Below, piece by piece: positions 47,630 to 58,163 of a stretch of DNA of 64,000 bases. The notes under the pieces were generated by a model. It did no database searches, was not told where the DNA came from, and worked only from the letters and a program-made list of their open reading frames with translations. Within the stretch, counting starts at the first letter, position 1. Each line of letters starts with the position of its first letter. The DNA is from Pseudomonadota bacterium (GTDB taxonomy: Bacteria > Pseudomonadota > Gammaproteobacteria > Burkholderiales > Chitinibacteraceae): positions 21,595 through 85,594 of the forward strand of contig JAGTRM010000008.1 of assembly GCA_018261735.1 (NCBI GenBank), written 5' to 3'. The position numbers were made by a program, and so were the translations under genes.

Positions 47630-48631
47630 CTATCTTCCAACAGCAGAAAAGTATTTTTTTATGATGGGCTCTGCCTCTGGCGCTCGTATCAGATAGGCAT
47701 CCATCAGGGGTTTGGTGCGTTTCCGGATATCGGCCATCATGGCTTGGGGAATTTGCACGATTTCCATTTCTTTTTCGGCTAATTTCTTCAGGCTTTCCCC
47801 ATCGGCTTTGGCCGATACATCCCAGAATTCCGGCTCCATTCTTACGGCGATCGCTTCGATGGTTTTCTGGTGCTGGAGCGGTATTTTCTTCCAGGCATCA
47901 AGATTGATTGTGACCATGTTGCTCGACCAGGTATGGTTGGTCGGGTAAATGTACTTGAGATTATTCCAGAACTCGACGTCCACGGCCGTGGTCGCCGATG
48001 TTGCCACCCCCGAGATAATCCCGGTGGTCAATACAGGAATCAATTCATCAAGAGGAATCAGCATGCCTGCCATTCCTATCGCATTGCAAATATCGACCGT
48101 GTTTTGATCCGCGCCTCGAATCTTGATATCCCGGAAACCAGCCAATTTATCTGTCTTTATTTTCAGAAACAAATACTGCGAAGGCGATGGAACCATGTAA
48201 AGTATTTTCTGGTTGTATTTGGTTTCGGCGATTCTTTCAAATTCCGGCCGGACAAACTTGTGCAACGTTTTTAAATCGCCCTGTGATCCGATCAAAAACG
48301 GCACGCCTTCAATGCCAAACAAGGGTTCCTCAGCGATCTGCTGGCTTGCCACGATATCGGCCATGGCGACCTGGCCGCTGCGCACGGCGCGCATTTGTTC
48401 ATGTCCCCTGAACCCAAGCATGCCGGCAGGAAAAACTCTTATGACGACTTCACCGTTCGTTTCCCTGGAAACGGCACTGGCAAAACGTCTGACGTTCTGC
48501 ACCATGAAATTGCCATCCGGCAATAACTCGGAAAGATTCAGTTGAATCGGTGCGGCAAGAGCGGGTTGCGACCAAATGGCCAGAGTAGCCACGGCGGCAG
48601 CCCGGAAAAATCGGGTCAGCTTTTCTTTCAT
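47630..48631 (-). CDS. TRAP-transporter substrate-binding protein (DctP family), orphan paralog
   Basis: Signal peptide. High similarity across its length to the 54502..55509 product (APIQLNL..LPDGNFMVQN..RFA). Confidence 0.85.
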   Translation of the reverse strand: MKEKLTRFFRAAAVATLAIWSQPALAAPIQLNLSELLPDGNFMVQNVRRFASAVSRETNGEVVIRVFPAGMLGFRGHEQMRAVRSGQVAMADIVASQQIAEEPLFGIEGVPFLIGSQGDLKTLHKFVRPEFERIAETKYNQKILYMVPSPSQYLFLKIKTDKLAGFRDIKIRGADQNTVDICNAIGMAGMLIPLDELIPVLTTGIISGVATSATTAVDVEFWNNLKYIYPTNHTWSSNMVTINLDAWKKIPLQHQKTIEAIAVRMEPEFWDVSAKADGESLKKLAEKEMEIVQIPQAMMADIRKRTKPLMDAYLIRAPEAEPIIKKYFSAVGR

Positions 48632-48743
48632 GATTCAGCGCCCTTCTTGTCAATTCCACTTATGCGACATGAAATTCAAACAAAACCGTTATTTGATAAT
48701 AGGTTAAGTTCTGTAGCACATGGGCGCTGGAGCCTTGCTTTGT

Positions 48744-48954
48744 AAAAAGGCGCGTGCAACAGCACGCGCCTCAGATTGACAAACCCCACTTGCGAAGCAA
48801 GGTATCCCCTCAAGGAGGGGACGGAAGGGGTGGGAATAAAACAAGAAGGCTGCGAAATCAAGCAATTGCAAGAATAGGCCCGGCTTTGCCGGGACTTGAC
48901 AAAGCATGCCTGCCACTTTGTCAGCAGCCTGAGGCGCGTGCAACCGCACGCGCC
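48744..48954 (-). repeat. Terminator-associated repeat, copy 1 (core 48771-48932) flanked by duplicated hairpin
   Basis: GGCGCGTGCAACAGCACGCGCC (48749-48770) and GGCGCGTGCAACCGCACGCGCC (48933-48954) bracket a 162-bp core. The core is homologous (reverse orientation) to 56049-56224 and 63477-63637. Confidence 0.7.
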
Positions 48955-49014
48955 TTGAGCAGGATTCGATCCCATGGCCCTCGAATGTCTCGAGCCATGG
49001 GGAAGGACGGTCAA

Positions 49015-50286
49015 TCAGGGGTACAGGCCGCGTTCTTGTCGCGCCATCAGGATGCGTTCGCAAGCAACGGCAAAGGTGGCGGTACGCAGCGAAACCTTGA
49101 GTCTGTCCGCGGTATCCCAGATCTTGAGCAGTGCATCACCCATGATCTTGTCCAGGCGTGCATTGATCTCATCCTCGGTCCAGAAGAAGCTGGAGAAATC
49201 CTGCACCCATTCGAAATAACTGACGGTGACACCGCCGGCATTGCAGATCACGTCCGGCACCACCAGGATGCCCCGCTCGGCCAGGATGTCGTCCGCCTCG
49301 GGCACGGTCGGGCCGTTGGCGCCTTCAAGCACCAGCTTGCACGTCACGCGCTGAGCGCGCTCTGCGGTGATTTGTCCTTCAAGCGCTGCAGGAATCAGGA
49401 TATCGGCTTTCAGATTCCAGAACCCGTCGTTCTCGATGAGTTCACCCCCGCTGAAAGAGCCAATCCCGCCAAATTCATTTTGCGTGGCGAGCAAAGCGGC
49501 CATATCGAGACCGTTCTTGTTATAGATCGTCCCGGTGTGATCCTGCACGGCGATGATCTTGGCGCCGGCCTCGGCAAACAGGCTCGCAGCCACGCTACCC
49601 ACGTTACCAAAACCTTGCACCATGACCCGCGCGCCGTTCAGGTCCAAGCCCAGGCGCCGGGCAGCCTCGCGTCCGGTGACAAACACACCGCGGCCCGTGG
49701 CCTTGACGCGCCCGAGCGATCCGCCCAGCTGGATCGGCTTGCCGGTCACGACGCCGGTGGAGGTCGCGCCGACGTTCATCGAATAGGTATCCATCATCCA
49801 CGCCATGATCTCGGCATTGGTGCCGACATCCGGCGCCGGAATATCACGTTGCGGTCCGATGATGATGCCGATCTCGCTGGTATAGCGCCGGGTCAGACGT
49901 TCCAGTTCCTTGTGCGAGAGCGAACGCGGATTGACGCGAATGCCGCCCTTGGCACCGCCATAGGGCAGGCCGACGGCCGCCGATTTCACCGTCATCCAGG
50001 CTGCCAGCGCCATCACTTCTTCCAGCGTGACATCCGGGTGGTAGCGCACGCCGCCCTTGCCCGGGCCGCGCGACAGGTTGTGCTGAACCCGGAAGCCCTC
50101 GAAGTGCTGCACGGTGCCGTCATCCATTTCCATCGGCACATCGACGATCAGCGCCCGCTTGGGGTGCTTGAGGGTTTCAACCCAGCGCGACAGGTTGCCC
50201 AGATAGGGCGTAACCCGGTCGACCTGGGAGAGATAAGTTCCCCAGGCACTATCGGGGGTGGGGGTGACATACGAAAGCGAACTCAT
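49015..50286 (-). CDS. gdh: Glutamate dehydrogenase (Glu/Leu/Phe/Val dehydrogenase family)
   Basis: GGAKGGI catalytic-Lys motif and GFGNVG Rossmann motif. 423 aa. Confidence 0.9.
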   Translation of the reverse strand: MSSLSYVTPTPDSAWGTYLSQVDRVTPYLGNLSRWVETLKHPKRALIVDVPMEMDDGTVQHFEGFRVQHNLSRGPGKGGVRYHPDVTLEEVMALAAWMTVKSAAVGLPYGGAKGGIRVNPRSLSHKELERLTRRYTSEIGIIIGPQRDIPAPDVGTNAEIMAWMMDTYSMNVGATSTGVVTGKPIQLGGSLGRVKATGRGVFVTGREAARRLGLDLNGARVMVQGFGNVGSVAASLFAEAGAKIIAVQDHTGTIYNKNGLDMAALLATQNEFGGIGSFSGGELIENDGFWNLKADILIPAALEGQITAERAQRVTCKLVLEGANGPTVPEADDILAERGILVVPDVICNAGGVTVSYFEWVQDFSSFFWTEDEINARLDKIMGDALLKIWDTADRLKVSLRTATFAVACERILMARQERGLYP

Positions 50287-50744
50287 ACAAACTCCTTCTT
50301 CATTTCATGAATTGATCATCTTGATGCAAGGCACTCCCTTCACCAGAGGGAAGCAAGGGTGCGGCATCTGCTGCCTTTGGAATTGCGGTGCGGTAGCAAT
50401 ATGGGTTCATGATACGAGCGTCATTTGCCGGTGAATAAGATTATTTTTGTCTGGCTGGATAAGCAATTTGCAATGATCGGACCGGAAGTCTCATAAGAAA
50501 TATTTATTGTGACGTATGTATTTTAGATACATTCTTGTTAAATAAATACTGCCGTTAAATCAGGAGAATAAAATTATCTTAAGTATGAATATTAAATAAT
50601 TGACAGCAATTAGCCTTCGATGACTGGGCAAAATGCAGTGATTGACTGGCGTGACGGATCGAAAAAGACGGGGCTGACAATTGAATCAGCCCTGATCCGA
50701 ATGGTTCAGGGCTGATCGATCAACATTTAAGCAGGCAATACCGA

Positions 50745-52157
50745 TTATGCACGCGAAGCCGACTCGCGCACCCCGCCGGCAGCCGTTGCCTCACTCACCT
50801 CATCGGCGAACAGTCCAATTTCTTCGATCGACTTGGCGCGTGTCTCGATACCCAGGAAGGCAACGATAATGGCAACACCAACCAATACCCCGGCGATGGT
50901 GGCAAATACGGCAACCGAGCCATAATTTGACAGAATCCAGGCCACACCGAACGGTGTAAATACGGTAAACAACCGGCCAATCGAATTGCAGAAACCCGAT
51001 CCTCTCAATTTGATTGCCGTTGGCCACAACTCGGGCACATACACCGCCGAGGCAAAGCAGACATACATGAACAACACCACCGTCATGCAGAAGCCAAATG
51101 CCACAATCATGGTTTCCGTGCGTTGCAGTGAATATACATAAGCCAGGGCAGCCAGGGAAAGCAGCAGGGTAATGGCCGTCGCCTTGCGCGGGAAGCGATC
51201 AATAAAACGCGAAGTCAGGAATACGCCCAGCGGTGCGCCGCAGAACATCAGCGATGTCAGACCCAGCGTCTTTTGCACCGAGATGCCGGATTGAACGAAG
51301 ATGGTCGGGATCCAATTGATAATGCTGTAAATCGCCGTATTCATGCCGATCAATACACTGATCCCCAGAATGGTGGTTTTCAGCAGGTGGCCTTTGAACA
51401 GATGCGTGAACGGCATCTGTACCACGGCGACATCCTGGGTCGCAGCGCTCGCAGCCACCGGGGGAAGCTTGATTCCTTGCTGCTTCTCGATGTCTTTTTC
51501 AACCTTGGTCAGAATTTCGTCGGCTTTTTTCAGGTTGCCACGCGATTCATACCAACGCGGAGATTCCGGAATACCGTGCCGGGCGACCCACAAGATCAGC
51601 GCGGCAATACCGGCGATCAGGAACATCGCACGCCAGCCAAAAATCGGCATGACCAGATAGCCGGTAAAGGTGGCGATGGGGGGCGCCATATTGCCCACCA
51701 ACGACAAGGACGAGGACCATTTACCGCGTGTTTTTGCCGGAACGAACTCGGTAAACGTGGCGAAACCCACCACGATTTCCGCGCCAAGGCCAATGCCGAT
51801 AACGAAGCGCAAAACGGTCAGCATCAACATGCTGGTAGCAAACGATGCGGCGATCGAAGCCAGACCAAAAATCAGCAAATTGATTTGATAGGCAAATTTT
51901 CTGCCGAAACGATCGCCGGTAAAGCCTGCAAACAACGAACCGACAAAAAGACCCGCCATCGTGACTGAATTGAACGTGGCATTCCACCAGTTGTTTGACC
52001 AGCCGCTCTTGACCAATTCCGCCAGGGTCAAGCCGCCGATGTAATTGTCAAAACCATCAACCAAAAGCCCCAGGCCGATCAGCCAAAATACCTGGTAATG
52101 CCATTTGGACGTCGGCAACCTATCCAGCCGTGCCCCTATATTGCTCTGCGTACTCAT
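50745..52157 (-). CDS. MFS transporter (sugar-porter / metabolite:H+ symporter type)
   Basis: GDRFGRK and PESPRW motifs. 12 TM segments. Flanked on both sides by ~450-bp AT-rich spacers. Confidence 0.85.
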   Translation of the reverse strand: MSTQSNIGARLDRLPTSKWHYQVFWLIGLGLLVDGFDNYIGGLTLAELVKSGWSNNWWNATFNSVTMAGLFVGSLFAGFTGDRFGRKFAYQINLLIFGLASIAASFATSMLMLTVLRFVIGIGLGAEIVVGFATFTEFVPAKTRGKWSSSLSLVGNMAPPIATFTGYLVMPIFGWRAMFLIAGIAALILWVARHGIPESPRWYESRGNLKKADEILTKVEKDIEKQQGIKLPPVAASAATQDVAVVQMPFTHLFKGHLLKTTILGISVLIGMNTAIYSIINWIPTIFVQSGISVQKTLGLTSLMFCGAPLGVFLTSRFIDRFPRKATAITLLLSLAALAYVYSLQRTETMIVAFGFCMTVVLFMYVCFASAVYVPELWPTAIKLRGSGFCNSIGRLFTVFTPFGVAWILSNYGSVAVFATIAGVLVGVAIIVAFLGIETRAKSIEEIGLFADEVSEATAAGGVRESASRA

Positions 52158-52526
52158 AAAACCCCCTGATATATTTTACATATATACGGCCTACGAGCTT
52201 TGTATTTATTGCGTATTCCGCATATGCGCTTTTAATTTAAATGGCTTGGATTACCCATTTAATAACAAAACAGTTCTTATAAATCCCGAGAAAAATTGAC
52301 ACTTCTGCCCATCATGACAATTTGCTCCAGGAATTAAATACTACGCTTGAGTACCCAGCAAAAATAATATTATTTCTGTATCTATGCATAAGATAAAACT
52401 CCACCTGCTCAAGCTATTATTGCGCAGCCACATAAATGCTTAATATCTTTTAATAATGGCGCTCAGAACATACAGCCAATCGATTTCAGGTAATAATTTT
52501 TCAATGTGAACAACAGGATGCCGGCG

Positions 52527-52564
52527 TAAAAAACAACGGCTGGCGACACAAGGTCGCCAGCCGT
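52527..52564 (-). terminator. Intrinsic terminator of the TRAP operon
   Basis: 12-bp stem ACGGCTGGCGAC/GTCGCCAGCCGT followed on the minus strand by TGTTTTTT. Confidence 0.7.
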
Positions 52565-52601
52565 CAGGGGGCTTCAAAAAAACCGTGCCGAACCGATTCT
52601 G

Positions 52602-53906
52602 TCAACCAAGAATGAGGTTGGGGAACCACAACACAATGCCGGGGAAGAGGGCCAGCATCAGTGTGAACGCCATCATCATGATCAGGAAGGGCATCGTCAC
52701 CTTGCACAGATAACCCATCGGATAACCGGTGATCCCCTGAATGATCGAGAGGTTGAAGGCCACGGGCGGCGTGATCTGCGCCATTTCAACCACCAGCACC
52801 ATGAAGATGCCGTACCAGACCTTGTCAAAACCAGCCGCAGTAATCAGCGGCAAGACGACCGGCAAGGTGGTGGCGATCATCGAGAAGCCTTCCATGAACA
52901 TGCCCAGAATGATGTACATCAGCATCAGGACAATGATCAGGCCAAACGGTGGCAGATTGATGGCCGTCACAAACTCGGTGACTGCACCCGGAACCCCCAA
53001 GGCCGCGGTGGCACTACCCAGAATCGTGGCGCCAACGATGATCATGCCCATCATGCTGCAGGACTGCACCGTACCAATGGCAACCGAACGGATGGTCTCC
53101 AACGTGACCGCGCCCTGCTTCTTCGCCACGCCGAAGGCACCCAGCACACCCAGCGCTGCCGCTTCGGTCGGTGTGGCAACACCGGCATACATGGAACCGA
53201 TCACGCAGAGAATCAGGAACATGGCGGGAGCCAGTTCTTTCAGTGCAGCGATACGTGCCGAGAAAGGCAGATTGCGCAGGTTACGTTCCGAATCCGGGAT
53301 CAGCTCCGGCTTGTGCCAGGTCACGAGCATGATCATGCCCATGAAACATGCCGCCAGCAAAATGCCGGGGATCCAGCCCGCAGTGAACAGGCGCAGCACG
53401 GATTCTTCAGCCAGTACGCCATAGATGATCATGACGGTACTGGGCGGAATCAGGAAGCCGAGCGTACCGGCCCCTGCCAGGCTGCCGATGATAACGTCCT
53501 CGCCATAGCCCCGGCGCTTCAGTTCAGTAAGCGTCATCTTGCCGACCACCTGGGTGGTGGCGGCAGACGAGCCCGAGATCGAGGCAAAGATGGAGCAGGC
53601 CAGCACATTCACATGCAGCAAACGCCCCGGCAACAGCCCGGCCCACGGAGCCAACCCATTGAACAGCGTACGCGACAGGTTGGTGCGGAACAGGAACTCG
53701 CCCATCAGGATAAACAACGGCAGCGCCACCAGATCGGCATTCGACAAAATGTTGAATGAATGCTGGGCAATCAGCTTGCCGGTGGGGATATCGGTAAAAA
53801 TCCCGAGCACCACCATCGCGGTTGCTGCCAACGCAATACCAATACCCACACCGCAGCCAAGAAATCCGAACAGGGCCACAAACATCGTGATAAATACGGC
53901 GGTCAT
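52602..53906 (-). CDS. dctM: TRAP transporter large permease
   Basis: 434 aa, polytopic, DctM-family pattern. Confidence 0.9.
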   Translation of the reverse strand: MTAVFITMFVALFGFLGCGVGIGIALAATAMVVLGIFTDIPTGKLIAQHSFNILSNADLVALPLFILMGEFLFRTNLSRTLFNGLAPWAGLLPGRLLHVNVLACSIFASISGSSAATTQVVGKMTLTELKRRGYGEDVIIGSLAGAGTLGFLIPPSTVMIIYGVLAEESVLRLFTAGWIPGILLAACFMGMIMLVTWHKPELIPDSERNLRNLPFSARIAALKELAPAMFLILCVIGSMYAGVATPTEAAALGVLGAFGVAKKQGAVTLETIRSVAIGTVQSCSMMGMIIVGATILGSATAALGVPGAVTEFVTAINLPPFGLIIVLMLMYIILGMFMEGFSMIATTLPVVLPLITAAGFDKVWYGIFMVLVVEMAQITPPVAFNLSIIQGITGYPMGYLCKVTMPFLIMMMAFTLMLALFPGIVLWFPNLILG

Positions 53907-53917
53907 TTGTAATTCCC

Positions 53918-54499
53918 TTATTCAGAGGCCGAAGCCACTTTAAACGACTCATTAACCAGGGGCTCTTTCAACATACTGGCAATAGCCCGCATGATGCATT
54001 GCAAGGCGAAGATGGCCGTGCCCAGAGCAAGGGAAGCTTGCGGTATCCACAGCGGCGTGAGGCTGCCGCCGGAAACCTGCCCTGAACTGAACGAATCAAG
54101 CGCGAACAGGGCCAGGCTCCAGGCAAGAAAAGTCACAAAAACAGCTCCGATGGTCGAAGACAGGATTTCCAGCGGACGCAAGAAGCGTCCACCGAAAGAC
54201 CGCATGACAATTTCAACCCGAATCTGCATCCCGGCCCGCAACGTCAGCGCCCCGCCCAGCATAAAAGCGGTACCCATCAGGTAGGCGCTGTATTCCCAGC
54301 CCACGTTAATATCGCTCGGAAATCCCTCGATGACCTTTGAGAGCAGGCCACAAGCGACTTGCCCGAGAGTCAGCAACGTCAGCAAGCCCAGACACCCGGC
54401 GGCCGCGTAGGCCGACACCAGTGCTATCCAATCAATGACTCTCTGTAACTTCGCAACCGGGCCAGTGGCCACCGGCAGCGCGTCGAGATCCAGGCTCAT
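53918..54499 (-). CDS. dctQ: TRAP transporter small permease
   Basis: 193 aa, 4 TM segments, located between the dctP and dctM genes. Confidence 0.85.
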   Translation of the reverse strand: MSLDLDALPVATGPVAKLQRVIDWIALVSAYAAAGCLGLLTLLTLGQVACGLLSKVIEGFPSDINVGWEYSAYLMGTAFMLGGALTLRAGMQIRVEIVMRSFGGRFLRPLEILSSTIGAVFVTFLAWSLALFALDSFSSGQVSGGSLTPLWIPQASLALGTAIFALQCIMRAIASMLKEPLVNESFKVASASE

Positions 54500-54501
54500 G
54501 C

Positions 54502-55509
54502 TTATTTCCTCCCAGTCGCAGCTTGGTAATTCTTGATCAGCGGTGCTGCCGCCGGTGCGCGCTTCAGGTACTCATCGAGCAACGGAGCAGCTTTCTTGCG
54601 CATATCCGTGAACATGGCGGCGTTGACCGGTACGACTTCCATGCCGTTTGCAGTCAGCTTTTTCAGGCTTTCCACGTCCGCATTGGCGGAAACGGCCCAG
54701 AATTCCGGTTCCAGCTTGGCCGCAATGGCTTCGATGGTTTTCTGGTGATTGGCCGGGATCTTTTTCCAGGCATCCAGGTTGATGTTGACCATGTTGGTCG
54801 ACCAGGTATGGTTGGTCGGGTAAACATACTTCATGAATTCCCAGAACTTGGCATCAACGCCGGTCGTGGCCGAAGTTGCCACGCCATCTACGCGGCCGGA
54901 AGCCAGCGCCGGAATCAGCTCACCGAACGGAATCATCACACCGGCCATGCCGATGGAGCTCACGGTATCCACGGTCATCTTGTCCGCACCGCGAATCTTG
55001 ATGTTCTTCAGGCCATCAAGCTTGTCGGTCTTGGTCTTCAGGAACAGGTACTGGCCAGGCGACGGCACCATGTAAAGGATTTTCTGGTTGTATTTGGTGG
55101 CCGCAATTTTTTCGAATTCCGGGCGGGCAAACTTGTGCAGCGCCTTGAGGTCGGCTTGCGAGCTCACCAGGAAAGGCACGCCTTCGATGCCCAGCAGCGG
55201 TTCATCGCCGATTTGCTGGCTCAACAGGATATCGGCCATCGGTACCATGCCATCGCGCACGGCGCGCATCTGTTCCGGCCCCTTGAAACCAAGCGAACCA
55301 CCCGCGCGAATATTGATCACAACATCGCCCTTGGTTTCCTTGGCAACTTCGTCGGCAAAACGCTTGGCGTTTTGCACCATAAAGTTTCCATCGGGCAATA
55401 CATCGGCCAAATTCAATTGGATAGGTGCGGCAAAAGCTGGCACGGCCATCATGGCAGCAGCAGCGCCAGCGCAGGCGGTGGCGATGAAGTTACGTCGAGT
55501 TACCTTCAT
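54502..55509 (-). CDS. dctP: TRAP transporter substrate-binding protein
   Basis: Trimmed to MKVTRRNFIATACAGAAAAMMAVPAFA (ATG 55509, AGGAG RBS). DctP family. Confidence 0.9.
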   Translation of the reverse strand: MKVTRRNFIATACAGAAAAMMAVPAFAAPIQLNLADVLPDGNFMVQNAKRFADEVAKETKGDVVINIRAGGSLGFKGPEQMRAVRDGMVPMADILLSQQIGDEPLLGIEGVPFLVSSQADLKALHKFARPEFEKIAATKYNQKILYMVPSPGQYLFLKTKTDKLDGLKNIKIRGADKMTVDTVSSIGMAGVMIPFGELIPALASGRVDGVATSATTGVDAKFWEFMKYVYPTNHTWSTNMVNINLDAWKKIPANHQKTIEAIAAKLEPEFWAVSANADVESLKKLTANGMEVVPVNAAMFTDMRKKAAPLLDEYLKRAPAAAPLIKNYQAATGRK

Positions 55510-56022
55510 TGTCTTGCTCCTTATTGCTTGATTATTGGAATCGAGAAAGCCAGATCGGTTGATCCACACAGAGCCCATCGTTATGACCTGTTCAACCAAC
55601 TGCTCCGATGAAATCGTATTCGCCTTACTACCTCATGGAAAAGACGCTTTTCATCTGGTTGTATAAGGTTATGCAATGCTTGTTGGAATCAACGGATACT
55701 GCTCTTGCATGGTGCAAACGGCTGCTTGCCTGGCGACTGGTTTTGTTGATACAAAATCTTTATATAACATATGGATAGCACACATCCACACAACACGCCC
55801 GGTCATCCATGGTGCACGCGCTGCACCTCTTTTGCACCTGTCCATGGCGTCAGAAAAAATGGCCATCACGGCAGATGTGTTGCCCTCAGCATAAGGAAAA
55901 AAAGCGATTTTTTCTTGCCGATCAATTTTCATTGGCGAAATTTAAGTAGTACGGAATGCACAGATTCACATTCGCATCCGGGTTTTCCCTAGGTTTCATC
56001 ACTCCTGCCCAACCTTGGATTC

Positions 56023-56257
56023 AAAAAATCCCTGTCCGAAAACAGGGCTCAGGCTGCTGACAAAGTGGCAAGTCTCCAAGAATGGCACGCTCGAGCAAGC
56101 TCGACCGATTTAACCTTGCGCTGCAACCCACAGCCTTCTTGGATTGATTCCCGCCATCCCCTTCCTGCCGCCAGAGGAAGGGCCTCGCTAACGCTCGATT
56201 TGCTGCAAGTGGAGGTTTGTCCACAAAAAAGCCCTGTCCGAAAACAGGGCTAAGGCT
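56023..56257 (+). repeat. Terminator-associated repeat, copy 2, flanked by duplicated terminator
   Basis: AAAAAA[T/G]CCCTGTCCGAAAACAGGGCT[C/A]AGGCT occurs at 56023-56055 and again at 56225-57, 202 bp apart. The core starts TCAGGCTGCTGACAAAGTGGCA and ends GCAAGTGGAGGTTTGTCCAC. Confidence 0.7.
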
Positions 56258-56282
56258 CTTCTACAACAAGGGTTGGTAAAAA

Positions 56283-56951
56283 TCAGTTGTTGCTGCGCGC
56301 TTCCAGCGCATCCACGAACGAGAGATCCCAGCGGTTTTCCAGAATGGCCTGGATGCTGGCCTCTTCCTTGGCTTGCTGGGCCAGCGCTTTTTCAATCAGG
56401 GTTTCGGCTTCGGCAGGATTAAAGGCCAGCAGACCGTCGTCATCGCCCATGATGATGTCGCCCGGCATCACAACCATGCCGCCGATATTGACCGGAACAT
56501 TGATCTCGCCCGGGCCATCCTTGTACGGACCGCGGTGGATATGGCCACGAGCAAAGAGCGGGAAATCCCGTTCGCGTATTTCAGCCACATCGCGAACAGC
56601 GCCATCGACCACCACGCCGGCGAGGCCGATACTGCGCGCATATAAAGACATGATGCCGCCCAGGATCGCCTGCTCAGTATCGCCGCCGCCATCGATCACC
56701 AACACATCACCCGGACGGCAGTATTCCTTTAAAGCACGCAAAACCGCCAGATTATCGCCGTGGCTGACGCGCACGGTGACGGCGGTGCCAGCCATCGTGC
56801 CGGTGCTGCAGTCGTATTTCTTCAACTGGCCGGTACCGATGAAGCGATGCAATTGATCGCTGATCAGGGCGACCTGGATGGTGCGCAAAACGTCAATGAG
56901 AGCCGGGGTGGCTTGCGGTGCGGAAGGATTCCGGCGTGCGCCTGTAGACAT
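56283..56951 (-). CDS. RraA-family protein (HMG/CHA aldolase / oxaloacetate decarboxylase-like)
   Basis: GDVLVIDGGG..AILGG and VVDGAVRD motifs. 222 aa is longer than a true RraA. Confidence 0.8.
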   Translation of the reverse strand: MSTGARRNPSAPQATPALIDVLRTIQVALISDQLHRFIGTGQLKKYDCSTGTMAGTAVTVRVSHGDNLAVLRALKEYCRPGDVLVIDGGGDTEQAILGGIMSLYARSIGLAGVVVDGAVRDVAEIRERDFPLFARGHIHRGPYKDGPGEINVPVNIGGMVVMPGDIIMGDDDGLLAFNPAEAETLIEKALAQQAKEEASIQAILENRWDLSFVDALEARSNN

Positions 56952-57012
56952 GGTGTTTTCCTTGAAATGTGTTTAGCAGAACGGTGTTTAGCAAAACCAA
57001 TGAGCAGATCGA

Positions 57013-57765
57013 TCAAACCGGTTCCGGCTTGACGGTCGTCAGGCCAGCGGCAACTTGCAACGTGGGCAGGATTTCCATATTGGAAATGTTCACGGCGATC
57101 GGTGCCGCAACGGCGAAGGCAATGGCATCGGCGATATCGGAAGCCTGCGGCAACTCGAAACCGTCGATGAATTGCGCGCGGGCGGTTGCCGCATCGGTGC
57201 CGTTCACGTGGGCAAAAATATCGGTCGCGACGCGGCCCGGGCAGATTTCGGTCACGCGCACGCGCTTGCCGATGGCATCGGCGCGCAGCTGGCGCGACAG
57301 CATGTGCATGGCGGCCTTGGTGGTGTGGTAGAGCGTATTGCTGCCGATAAAGTTGTAAATGGCCGCGATCGAGGTGATGTTGATGATGTGGCCGCTGTCG
57401 CGATTCAACATGCCCGGCATGATCAGGCGCACCAGATGCATGGCCGATTGCAGGTTCACGCCGATTTCAGCATCGATTTGCTCAGGCTCGGCGGTGGTAA
57501 TCGAGCCCGGAAAGTTGATGCCGGCGCAGTTCACCAGGATGTCGAACTGCACATCCTTGGTGAGTTGAGTAATCGCAGGCAGATCGCGCACATCCAGCGC
57601 ATGGGGAATGCAGCCTGTGCGTTCCGCCAGTTCCTGCAGCGCACCTGCGCTGCGTGCCAAGGCATGAACCTCCAACCCTTCCTTGCGGAAACGTTCCACG
57701 ATGGCGGCACCCATCCCGGAAGACGCGCCGGTAACCAGTGCTGTTTTGTAATCTGAAAAAGGCAT
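57013..57765 (-). CDS. Short-chain dehydrogenase/reductase
   Basis: Trimmed to MPFSDYKTALVTGASSGMG. TGxxxGxG and YxxxK (YHTTK) motifs. Confidence 0.85.
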   Translation of the reverse strand: MPFSDYKTALVTGASSGMGAAIVERFRKEGLEVHALARSAGALQELAERTGCIPHALDVRDLPAITQLTKDVQFDILVNCAGINFPGSITTAEPEQIDAEIGVNLQSAMHLVRLIMPGMLNRDSGHIINITSIAAIYNFIGSNTLYHTTKAAMHMLSRQLRADAIGKRVRVTEICPGRVATDIFAHVNGTDAATARAQFIDGFELPQASDIADAIAFAVAAPIAVNISNMEILPTLQVAAGLTTVKPEPV

Positions 57766-58163
57766 CAAATAACTCCGTATTGAGTGCACGCAACCAAGAA
57801 GCTGCCACTTGCGGGTGAGCGGGAATCCGGTTTTACAACCAGGGTTTTAACCATGTTAGGACTTGCCGGAAAAGTTGACCAAGACGGTTTGGGTTTGAAG
57901 GGATAGAACCACCTTATGACCGCGCCCGTGCTCACCCCGTCCGCGCTTGTTCCTTACCGCAACCATCGGAACTTTGATTGACCCCATTCGAATTTCGTGT
58001 GTCATGTTGCCGGGGTCCGTGTGATAGCTTTGTCATCGTAACGAAGCGGTCACGGCTTGATATGCCGTGAAATCGCTCCGAAAAGAGCAAAAATTTTTGC
58101 AATCCCGACGATTCGGTCTGCCAGGGCCATGCAGCCCGCGTTGGTGCGATAGGAAAAAAAACG

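Noticed and set aside
48955-49014. tRNA-like GGATTCGATCCC string and hairpin just after gdh
   Set aside because: No acceptor, D or anticodon arms can be built around it. It is a short stem-loop (CCCATGGC..GCCATGGG) in the gdh 3' UTR.
48754-50310. 518-aa ORF antisense to gdh, running through repeat copy 1
   Set aside because: Shadow ORF opposite a well-supported glutamate dehydrogenase gene. Its 5' part crosses non-coding repeat sequence.
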